DNA of 64,000 bases from Chiloscyllium plagiosum (lineage: Eukaryota), in contig NC_057754.1 in assembly GCF_004010195.1 (NCBI RefSeq), positions 11,749,609-11,813,608 on the forward strand, in the 5' to 3' direction. Position numbers and translations under genes: made by a program. How positions within the stretch are numbered: position 1 is the first letter of the stretch; the number at the start of each line of letters is the position of its first letter. The notes beneath the pieces are model-generated. The model had not been told where the DNA came from. It was given only the letters and a program-made list of their open reading frames with translations, and did not search any database. Of this stretch, positions 25,875 to 36,400 are shown piece by piece.

Positions 25875-26791
25875 TGTTATGAAGTTGAAGGTGTGTACTG
25901 TCACTGTAAGGGACAGTGAATTCCATTCTACACTGAGAGCTGACAAGAGCAGTTTCCAGTGTACTGGAAAATTGAAAATATGGATACCTGAGTTTTGCTT
26001 GCTGTTTGGTTAAACTTGAATTGTTGTCAAATCAGTTTAAATTATTCTCAGGATACTAAAACCCAAATCGATTTTGAATTTATTGTTTTGCCAGCCTCGA
26101 ACCAATAAGACAATCCAATGTTGGGGATATGAAAAAAGTGCAGGCATTTTGAAAATCTGACAATGTAATTGCCATTCAGAGAGAATTTCAAGACCTTAAA
26201 ACACTCTCCATCAAAGATACCTTTTCATATGAAGCATCTTCACAGTAAAAAGAAAGAAGATGACCCAGGGAGATCTCAGCTGGAAAGAAAAACAGACATT
26301 GAAGCTGCTGTATGGTTTTAAATTAAGCTAATGTAATTTTAATAAGAGTCTTATTGCAACAGTATATTTCTATAGAGTTTAGATTAGATTAGATTACTTT
26401 ATAGTGTGGAAACAGGCCCTTCGGCCCACCATTCCACACCGACCCGCCGAAGCGTAACCCACCCATACCCCTACATTTACCCCTTACCTAGCACTACGGG
26501 CAATTTAGCGTGGCCAATTCACCTGACCTGCACATCTTTGGACTGTGGGAGGAAACCGGAGCACCCGGATAGAGACAGATAATAAGCAGTTAAGACAAAA
26601 CGAATGGTTAGAGTTGTCAGTAGTTGTTGTTTATTGTTCACTTTTAGAGTTAAATAATAATTTTGATATTATTATCTCTAAATAATAGAATTTAGGAGAC
26701 CTCTGCTCACATTTTAACAGATTATGATGCAAGGTGAGCTTCTCTGGGTGTTAGGTTTAATTAACAGAAGTGTTCACGCTATGTCGTGACA
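25875..26791 (+). mobile_element. 3' LTR of Gypsy element B (contains a SINE insertion)
   Basis: TGTTATG directly after the PPT; ends GTGACA; homologous to 22496-23203. Confidence 0.8.
26378..26568 (-). mobile_element. 5'-truncated HE1-like V-SINE
   Basis: Near-identical to the 3' part of 23235-23542, with a (taatc)n tail. Confidence 0.92.
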
Positions 26792-27960
26792 CTCACTCAC
26801 TCCTTCCTTTCTTTTTGGTCTTGCACCCTCCCTTCCTTTGTCCTGGAGTCCCTTGCTTCCTCTTCAATCTTGGTCACACTTTCCACCTTCCTCTGTCCCA
26901 GTCTCACTCTATCTCTTCCGGTCTCACTCACTCCCATCATTCTCCTTGGTCTGGGTTGCTGCCTCTCACCCTCCATCCCTGTCTCGCTGCCTCCCTCCCT
27001 TCCTCTCTCTGAGTCTCACTCAATCCCTTCCTTCCTCCCTCCTGGTCTCGCTCCCAGTTTTGCTCACGCACTCCCTCTCAGTCTCACTCACTCCCTCCCT
27101 CCCAGTCTCACTCACTTCCTCCCTCCATCCCTTTCTCACTGGCACACCCCACCACTTCCCTCACAGGCTCACTCGCTCTCCCTCTCCCAGTCTTGATTGC
27201 ACCCTTTATCCCTCCTGGTCTTCGCATCTTCCCTCCCTCTCGGACTCACTCACTGTCTCAATCTCTCTGTCCTGGTTGCACTCTCTTTCTCCACAGTCTC
27301 GCTCGCTCCCTCCAACCCCTCCACATCTTCCTTCCTGGTCTCAATTGCTCCCTCTCTTCTTATCTCACTAGCACCTCCGCCACACCCTCCATCACAGATT
27401 CGCTCGCTCCACCCAGTCCCACTCCCTCCCGCCCTCCCTCTCACTCTCACTCCCTCCCTCCTGGCCTTGTGCACTCCCTGACTCCATCACTACCTCTCGG
27501 TCTCACTCACTTCCCACCTCCCTCTCAGTCTTGTTCATTCCGTCCCTGCTTCTCAGTCCCTTCTCAGTTTCACTCACATCCTCTCCCTCCCTCCGAGTCT
27601 AGCTCCTTTGCTCCTTGCTCTTGGTCTCCCTCACATCCTCCCTTCCATCTTGCTCACTCTGTTACGCTTTCTCTCCCAACTGATGACTCCCACTAGCTTC
27701 CTTCCATTCAGTGCCACACTATTACAGTCAGTCCCTCTCAGTCCCAAGCATTCCGTCTCAGTCTCTCACTCCATCTTAGTATTTTCCTACTGTCACCCTG
27801 ACCCCCTCACAGTCACTTGCCCACAGTCTCTCCCAGTCCGTCACTGTAAGTCTCGCTATCTGAAACTGATATCCTCCATCTGCCTCTCTCTATCAGAGTT
27901 CCCCACACTCTCTCACTATCACCCTCAACCCGCAGCTTCACCCTTACTCCCCTGATGTCA
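26792..27960. repeat. About 1.2 kb pyrimidine-rich low-complexity tract (ctcactcactccctccc-like)
   Basis: Strong C/T strand bias; source of the S/L/P/H-rich spurious ORFs. Confidence 0.92.
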
Positions 27961-28074
27961 TAATCACTTCCCACACACTCCTCAACTGCCAGCCTTACTA
28001 CCCCGCATAGTCCCCCACTGTAATGCTCACTGAATGCAGTCCCCTACGATCATGCTCATGTCCTGCAGACTCCA

Positions 28075-28611
28075 TAAAATGTGTCTGACGGTGAAAACAT
28101 TGAGCAGCAGAATCCGGAAATTGGCAGAGCCGGGGTTAGAATGTAATGGAAGAACTCGATTGTGATCCAGATGTGGGGAGAGATAAACATTGTCCATTAC
28201 CTCACAAACCCAGGGGGCGTTCCACCGCTGACAGCATAAAATATCAGAGAATGTTATTTAAACAGCTCAGCACAGTCACTGTTCCCAGAACCACAGCAGC
28301 TGTTTTCTCACTGCAACATTTGCTTTTCAGCTTCTGGCAACAAATCGCCACAAACCATTCAAAGGTGAAAATGACAGTGAATCAGACAGAACAATCAGTG
28401 GCTGCATAAAGCACGACGGCATGGGAGTCACACACAGGGACGGACCTCAGAAAATAAAACTGTTCATCAAAAACAATGGCAATGTGTCTCAATATCTGGT
28501 CGAGGATAATGACCAGCAGATCCCTTACTGCAATGGCCCCCAGGTAAAGTCTGACACATGGAGACAATCCACAGTCTTTAGAACGCAGGATGTAGATCAT
28601 CACTACATTAA
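28075..28611 (-). pseudogene. Class A GPCR pseudogene, GPR139/GPR142-like (main exon, end of TM1 to TM5)
   Basis: Splice acceptor tttgttttccttcttcgcag ends at 28612. Then (V)NVVMIYILRSKDCGLSPCVRLYLGAIAVRDLLVIILD...VCDSHAVVLYAATDCSV*FTVIFTFEWFVAICCQKLKSKCCSEKTAAVVLGTVTVLSCLNNIL*YFML...IWITIEFFHYILTP..ILLLNVFTVRHIL. It has two in-frame TGA stops, frameshifts, DRF changed to EWF, and truncation after TM5. Confidence 0.88.
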
Positions 28612-29169
28612 CTGCGAAGAAGGAAAACAAACGCATTATACATCAGCCTGGAGGCAAAGTTGCCAGTTTGACTGAGGATAGTGTGAGATTTTCAAATACG
28701 TCACTGTACTCAGAGATTTATTGGAATAACTGGAGGAGAAGAAACAAATGGTAATTTCTGAATTACTTGCAAACTATGACGTAACAACAACAACCCCTCC
28801 CTCCCCAAACACACAGACACATCCATGAGAACAGATGGTTTCTAGAACATTCCCACACACTCGATCACTCGAGAGCAGACACGGGTCACTTCATTACAGT
28901 TCCTAATGCAGAGAGGGAGAAAACATTGCCGTCCTGAAGGATTCTCTCCCATTCTTTGAAGACAAATGGAGGTTGGAAATTTCTGTCTTTTAATCTCAAT
29001 TGTGGCCGATCCTCTGTCTTAAAAAAATGTAAACGCAGTGAAAACATATTAACCTTGTTAACTGCCTGAGGGGACTTCGAAACAGTGTCTCCTTCTTCCT
29101 GGAACGGGATCTCCTCCCTCGGAATCTTATTGTTTGTTCAGTTCACATATAATATCAATTGTAGAATAT

Positions 29170-29615
29170 TTTGAGGAATTCGGCTACAGAACGTTCCAGA
29201 GACTGTTAGGTACAGAATGTTTCGGGAAATGTCTGGTATAGAACATTCCAGGGAACCTCAGTTATAGACTGTTTTTGAGAATGTCAGATGTGTAATGTTC
29301 CGAGGAAGGTCGGATGTAGAATGTTTTGGGAATGTTGGGTATAGAATGTTCTGGAGAATGTCGAGTATGGAATGTTCCAAGGACTGTCAGGTATATGATG
29401 TTCTGGGGAATGTTGGGTACGAAATGTTCCAGGAAATGTCAGTTATAGAATCTTCTGGGGAATGCTGGTTATAGAGTGTTCCAGGGAATGTTGGTTAAAG
29501 AATGTTCTGGAGAATATCAGGTATAGAATATTGTGGGGAATACCCGTTAGATAATACTCCGAGGAATATCTGGTGGAGAACATTCTGAGAAATGCCAGTC
29601 ATGGAGTGTTCTGGA
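29170..29615. repeat. 26-bp minisatellite, about 17 diverged copies
   Basis: Unit approximately gtatagaatgttctggggaatgtcgg. Confidence 0.92.
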
Positions 29616-29809
29616 GGTAGAAGACAGAGGGTGATGTTAGAGTGTGGCTTTACAGTCTAGAGGCCTGTGATCAGCAGGGTGCCACAAGAATCAGCGTTGA
29701 GTCCACTGCTTTTCATCATTTGTACAAATAATTTGGATGTGAGGCATGGTTATAAGATTGCCATTTTGCAGCAACAGAATTTCCAGAATTATAGAATTCA
29801 GAAGGATAA

Positions 29810-30490
29810 TGTTATGGACGAAGACAGACCCCCTCCAAATATATTAAGAAAGTAGACAAGACTCTTACTTTTCCTTATTTTACAGACAGATGTGAAGTGG
29901 ATATTCTTGGGGTGATGCAGCTGGTCAAACAACTCGGCTTTAAGCAAAACAAAATTTATTCAAACACAACAGGTGGGCGGCACGGTCGCACAGTGGTTAG
30001 CACTGCTGCCACACAGCGCTGGAGACCCTGGTTCAATTACCCGCCTCAGGCGACTGACTGTGTGGAGTTGGCACGTTCTCCCCGTGTCTGCGTGGGTTTC
30101 CTCCGGGTGCTCCGGTTTCCTCCCACAGTCTAAAGATGTGCAGGTCAGGTGAATTGGCCATGCTAAATTGCCCGTAGTGTTAGGTAAGGGGTAAATGTAG
30201 GGGTATGGGTGGGTTGCGCTTCGGCGGGTCGGTGTGGACTTGTTGGGCTAAAGGGCCTGTTTCCACACTGTAATGTAATGTAATCTAATCTAATCAACAG
30301 TTGAAACACGAATAGAAGAAAAAAAATGGATTTAGAATACCTTAACTATTGGAAGACATAACCGACCTAACACAGTAACTGTGACTAATGAACATTTCCA
30401 ATACAGTAACATCCCACCAACACACCCCCTGCCAAAAAGTAAATTGAAATGCAGATTCTTACAGACTGGAAGGAGCAAAATACAAAACGA
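29810..30490 (-). mobile_element. Partial LTR of Gypsy family A, interrupted by a SINE
   Basis: Reverse complement of about 5570-5871 (tgttatgga...gaccccctccaaat...gatgcagctggtcaaac; atggatttagaata...cagtaacatccca). Confidence 0.82.
29975..30295 (+). mobile_element. HE1-like V-SINE, full length, with target-site duplication
   Basis: tRNA head, V-domain and (taatc)n tail; flanked by caacaggtg / caacagttg. Confidence 0.93.
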
Positions 30491-30729
30491 TTTTGATTTT
30501 CCAATGCACGTGGCTGTCACCCGAATGCACTGCCCGCATCCTTTCGTCACAACACAATTGGACCTTGTTTGCCTTTTTCCATGTCATTCTCAAATCCTGA
30601 AAGCTCTTTAATATTCGCTTCCCAGCCATGATCGTTCTCCATCCACATCTCCGTAATGATAAATCAGTCATACCTGTTCACTTCTGTTAATGCTGTCATT
30701 CCATCTGCCTTGTTTCAAATCCCGAGAGT

Positions 30730-31640
30730 ATATCAGTGATTATGGAGGTTTCAAGAGTTGGATAGAGGTCACAGGGATAGGGAGGCGTTAGGGGCTCGAG
30801 GATGTTACAGAATAAAGCATAGTTTCCATCAGTCGAGAATGTCAGTGGGAGAAAATGCTTCAGGGATTGAAGGAAATTACAGAGGTACCACAGGCCGGAT
30901 TAGATTTTACAGTTAGGGATGGGTGTCAGAAGAGGCAAGCGGGCAGAGAGGGGCATGCAGAGAGCAGCTTTTTCCGGGAAAACTGGAGGAACTAAAAGAG
31001 ATATGCCGGAATTTAGTGACTGAAGACGTTTACAAGCATACGAATGCTTGTATTTTCTGGAAGTTACATAGACAGGAAGGCTGTGGATTCTGGCAGCTTT
31101 TCCAGGCCAGAGACAGTAACATACATAGGGAGTAGAGAGGGTTGAAGGAGAGAATTAACTTTACATAGACTGGAGAGAAAGTGCTAGAGAAGGATATGGA
31201 TATAAGTAGATGGATGGAGAGACTGGATGAGTTATTATTGAAAGTGAGGCTTGTATGAACTGGAGAGTCACAAGAATTGGAGCGGGTGCTGCGTGTCAGG
31301 AATTCTGCAGGTACTTGAGGGGATCACTCAACTAGGGAAGGTTGCAGGAGCTCCAAACTTTGGGAAAGTAATTAGCACTGGAAGACGTCACACAAACAGG
31401 GAGGGCTTTAGGGCATGCAGGAGTTTATGTGGAGGAATTGGAGCATTTTACAGACAGAGGAATTTTTTTCGGCACCGTTGTAAAATACATGGAACAAGTG
31501 TTACAGGTGTTAGTGTATGGAAGAATTTGAAACTTGATGGATCTGGAAGAGCTAGGAGAGGTGCGGATGTTTGTGGAGCAGGAGAAGTTTATGGATTATA
31601 GAGAGACTGGTAGAGATTCGGAGATCAGAGAGAGGGAGTC
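30730..31640 (+). repeat. Degenerate purine-rich tandem repeat (ggaggttacagagatagggagg...gggct-like)
   Basis: The same decayed motif recurs at about 36400-37300, 38500-39300, 40810-42200 and 50220-50900 on plus, and at about 17280-18000 on minus. Confidence 0.65.
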
Positions 31641-31671
31641 ATCTTCAGAAACTGACATGCATAGTAGGGAC

Positions 31672-33345
31672 ATGCATTTAGTTATGCTATGCTTTTCCAA
31701 ATAGTTATAAATACTATTCCTCAGAATTCTTTCCAAAACCTTGTTGACCACAGACGTAAGATTGACTGGTCTGTAATTGCCAGGGATTTCCCTATTACCT
31801 TTCTTGAAAAGGGGAGCAACATTCGCCTCCCTACAATCCTCTGGTACGACTCCCGTGGAGAGAGAGGAAGCAAAGATCTTCGCCAGTGGCTTAGTAACCT
31901 CCTTGCTCGCTTCCCGGAGCAACCTACGATGAATCTGGTCTAGACCTGGGGACTTATCAATCTTATTGTTTGCCAAAGTTTCCAGTACATCCACTTCATC
32001 AATTTTGATCTGTTCAAGCCAGATCCCAGCTCCTCAAAGTTCTCATTCACAAAAAGGTCCCTTTCCTGAGTGAAAACCGAAGCAAAAAACTCACTTAGGG
32101 CTTCCCCTGTCTGCTCAGACTCCATGCACAAATTCCCTGCGCTATCCCTGATCGGCCCTACCTTCTCCCTGATCATTCTCTTATTCCTCACGTATGAGTA
32201 AAATGCCTTTGTGTTTTCCCTGATTCTTCTTGCCAAGCCTTTCTTGTGCCCCCTCCTGGCTCTCTTCAGTCCATTTCTGAGCTCCTTGCTAGCAATGCTG
32301 TAATCCTCTAAAGCTTTGCTAGATCCTGTTTTCCTCCAGCTTACACAAGCTGCCTTCTTCCTTTTGACGAGAACCTCTGTTCTCGTTATCCAAGGTTCCT
32401 TAATCTTAGCCCTTCTTACCTGTCCCAGAAGAACAAATTCGTGCCACAACTGCTCCTTAAACAGTCTCCACATGTCTGCTGTGCCCTTTCTGTGAAACAA
32501 TTGCTCCCTGTCTGTACTTCCCAACTCCTGTCTGATAGCGTCATAATTTCCTTTTCCCCAATTAAATATTTTCCCTTGGAAACTGCTCCTTTCCCTCCCA
32601 AAGACTATGGTAAATGTAAAGCAGTTGTGGTCACTGTCACTGAAGTGTTCTCCCACCGCGAGATCTGACACCTGTCCTGGCTCATTGCCGAGCACCAAAT
32701 CCAAAATGACCTCTCCCCTCGTCGGCCTGTCTCCATAATGTGTAAGAAAACCCTCCTGGACACATTTGACAAAAACGGCTCCATCCAAACCATCTGCACG
32801 AAGGAGGTTCCAATCGATATTGGGAATGTTGAAGTCACCCTTAACAACAACCCTGCTACATCTACATTTTTTTCAAATACTACTGGCCGACCAGTTCTTC
32901 AATCTCTCTGCTGCTATTAAGGGGTCTGTAGAAAACCCCCAATGAGGTGGCTGCTCCCTTGTTTTTCCTAACTTCCACCCATACTGACTCAGAAGACAAA
33001 CCTTCCTCAACAACCTTCGTTTCTGTAGCTGTGATGCACTCTCTGATATGCAATGCTATACCCCCTCCTGTTTTTCCACCCTCTCTGTTTTTTTCTAAAC
33101 GTTCCAAACCCTGGAACATCTAACAATCATTCCTGTCCCTGTGACACCCACGTATCCATTATGGTCACGACATCATAGCCCCAAGTACTGATCCATGCTC
33201 TAAGTTCGTCACTCTCATTTCTGACACTCCTAGTGTTAAATCAGGCACACTTTAACCGATCCCTTTGTTTTATCATGTGAGAAACCTTCGCGATAGATTC
33301 ACTACATCCTATCACTACACCATCTACAACTACATCCCCCCCCCC
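31672..33345 (-). mobile_element. CR1 LINE ORF2 N-terminal part (AP endonuclease and tether)
   Basis: GGGIAL.I.E, ESVWVE, GVFYRP, PTRGE.ILDLVLGNEP, SDHN, KSPGLDQIH.RLLRE, PGNYRPV.LTSVV.KVLE. Confidence 0.93.
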
Positions 33346-33649
33346 TCAGATCTATAGCACTGATTCCCATATTTGAGTACCTGCAGGAGACAAAGAAGTT
33401 AAACTGACACAGTGAGGATTATACATATATAATGGCACTGAGCCTTAGAAAGGTCAGGAAAATCCCAGTCTCTATCCGTGGCCTGTGCTGCTATGTTTAT
33501 CTCGACTGGAAAATTATGTTGGATCAGGACCTCAGACCAGCTGCAAGAGTGCGAGGCGCTGACAGAGACAGCAATGTTATCTTCACAATAAGGGTTACCA
33601 CATGGAGAAATCTTGAGTGATATCAGCAAAATGCAGAAAGATTTCAGAG

Positions 33650-34390
33650 TCAAGCAATGGCGTCAGGAGAAGTGGGTACGATTCATTGCACACTGCTACC
33701 AGTACTCAGGGAGGAGCCAGCTGCTATAGTGGGATGGGCTCCTCTGGTACTGTGTTGGGTCCAGTGTCCGAGTCAGGATTATGCAGAGTGCTTTGACGTG
33801 ACATAGATGAGGAGAGACAGGGGTCAGGTGAAAGGCAACTTCCAAATACAAATAAAAAGTTTGAAATGTTGAAAAAGCATGGAGATGTAGCTGCTGACAA
33901 GCAGGAAGTAACAAGAAAGGACTGAGTTTAACTAAAATGACACATCAGTAAATAAACTTGTGACAGGAAATTGCGGTTAAAAAAGAAATTGGCAGTTTCT
34001 TTATTTGAATGCACAAAGAATCTGCAATTATATATGTACACTTGTGACAGAAAAGTGAATAATGTCAATCTAAGCGCAAACAGGGAGATGTGGTCACAGG
34101 ATGGGGCATCAATATTCATGGCTACATAACATGGTGGAAAGTCAGGCAGAGTGGAAAGCTGGGTGGGAACTCTCGTAGTTGGAGATAACAATGCGATTAC
34201 CACGAAAGTATTGGGCCTCAGATGGTGAGTGAGTGCGAATGCAAATTCTGCGTAACAAGTGTCAGAAAACAGAAGTGGAAGGGTAGTTTTAAGGCACACC
34301 AGCATCAGTATATTATCAGACACTGCATTAAAAAGGGAATTATTGGACTTTGTAACAACGGCACTGGGATCATTGTGAGGAGTTCTAATC
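33650..34390 (+). mobile_element. Very old CR1 ORF1(esterase)/ORF2 junction relic
   Basis: Decayed W..EKWVRFIAHCYQY.GR.QL..WDGL followed by a YLNA..I.N-like start. Paralogous copies at about 39420-39740 and 42830-43560. Confidence 0.6.
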
Positions 34391-34419
34391 TTCCTATCTC
34401 ATCATCTCATTGATGGTGG

Positions 34420-35430
34420 GTGACAGGTGAGGATGACTCTCTCTGAACTCTTAACCTGAATCTGTAGGTGGCTGCACAGACCGATGTGGCTTCCACAGAC
34501 TCTGTTACACTTGGAACAAAATGTGCCCGTGGGCAAGGGCTGGTTAAGGCATTGTTGAGGCAGCCTGCTCCTTGTGCTGTTTACGCCTGGATTTTGCTTT
34601 TTCTCAGCACAAGCCTCGTTGTGCTCGACTCCTTCGCAATGCTGCTACTCAACTTTGGACGGTCTTGGCCCAGAGATTCCAGGTGTCTGTGCGAATGCTT
34701 CACGTCACCAGTGAGGCCTTCAGGGCATCTCTGAAGCACTTCCTCTGTCGACCTGGGGCTCGCTTGCTGTTTTGGAGCTGGGAGTAGAGCACCTGCTCAG
34801 GGAGTCTTGTGTCTGTCATGCAGACGACGTGCCTAGCTTATCACAGCTGATCAACAGATTCAGTGTGTCTATGCTGGGGATGTTAGCCTGGTCGAGGATG
34901 CTAGTTTTGGTCCGCCTGTCTTCCCAGTGGATTCGCAGAATCTTGCACAGACAGCGTTGGTGGGACTGCTCCAGCACTGCTGTAGACAGTCCATGTTTCA
35001 GAGCCATATAGGAGAGTGGGAACCATCACAGCGCCGTATGTCATGCGTTTGGCGTCTGATCTGATGTTGTTGACCTCAAACACCTTTTCCCTCAGACGGC
35101 CCAAGGCTGTGCAATCACAATGGAGGCAGTGCTGCATCTCTTCATCAATATCTGCTTTTGTCGACAGGACATTCCCTAGGGATTGGAAGGTTGAATGCCA
35201 CGCTGTGGACCTTGGTGATTAGGTGTTCACTTTGCAATGCCATGCCAGGTTGCTGGAGGGCCTTTATCTTGTGGATGTTCAGGCTGACAACCATGCTCTC
35301 GTATGGCCCTGTAAAGGTGCTGAAAATAGTCTGGAGAGCACGTCCTCTGACATTGCACACATATGCTCACCATTCATGTACAGCAGCTCGATGGCACTGG
35401 ATTTGTCCATCCATCAGAAGCATCGATCTA
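34420..35430 (-). mobile_element. RTE-clade LINE 3' fragment
   Basis: PTLLYGSETWTVY, HQRCLCKILRIHWEDRRT..SILDQANIPSI, GGQRKCF-type motif. Confidence 0.88.
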
Positions 35431-35694
35431 TTTTGTGAATAGTTGTGGCTCGAGCACAAATTCAATTATTCCCACTCAGTTTTCTGTCTGTTGAAGAATT
35501 TTCAATCTATGCAAGTACATTCCCTCCAATCCGACATATTCCAATCTTGTTTATCAAAATCTTCAGTGGGACCTTGCTGAAATGTTTCTGAAAATTACTA
35601 TAAACCATTTCTCCCCTTTAAGTATTCTGCTGTCTACAGCCAGACAAAACAAACTGAATCCAACAGGGTTTGTGTAATGAAATTTCACTTTCAT

Positions 35695-36400
35695 AATAGG
35701 ATTGATAGAGGATTGTTTGGTGGAGAAGACAGACAATGGGTATAAAGCAGTCTTTTTCAGGAAGCTTGTGACGCGTGGAATTCCACAGGGGTCAGCTTTG
35801 GGACAATTAACAGTTTGGATGAAGAAACTGAAGGCATTGTTGCTACGATATTACCATCCGCAAATAGAGATGGAGGGACAGGTTGTGATTAGGAAGAGGG
35901 AAGACTGCAGAAGGACAGGATCGGAGAGTGAGCAAGGAAGTAGTGGATGGAATAAAATGCTGGAAAATGTGAGGTTATGGACTTCAGTAAGAAGCTTAGC
36001 AGTGCTGAATATTTTCAAAATGGGGTAAGATCCGAAACACAAAGGGACTGAAGAGATCTAGTTCAGGATTCTCTTCTGGTAAACACTTCTTCAGGCATTC
36101 ATTTCAAGAGTGCTAGGGCGCAAGAGCAGAAATGTACTGCAGAGGCTCAATAGGGTTCTGGTCAGACTGCATTAGGAATATTGAGAGTTGTTTTTGACCC
36201 CGTACCTCAGGAAGCATGTGCTGGTTTTGGTGGTGGTGGATAAGAGGTTTACAGGGTAAATGTTACGGATAAGGAGGACTTTCTTCGCTAAGGGGGTAGA
36301 GAATCTGAAAATCCTTCACCACAGAGGGCTGGTGCGGCCTAATGTTTATTGCGGAGATGGTCAGACTTTTAATCAGTAAGGGAATCAGAGTTATGTGATT
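35695..36400 (+). mobile_element. Heavily deleted old CR1 RT fragment
   Basis: VTRGIPQGSALG and decayed KCEV / LVR..LEY segments. Confidence 0.65.

Noticed and set aside
26770..27955. Overlapping Ser/Leu/Pro/His-rich ORFs
   Set aside because: Low-complexity pyrimidine tract that lacks stop codons by composition.
33350..33400. Minus-strand acceptor ttctttgtctcctgcag followed by (G)TQIWESVL* as a terminal exon
   Set aside because: Too short to assess, abuts a CR1 end, and the paralogous site near 42555 does not keep the polypyrimidine tract.
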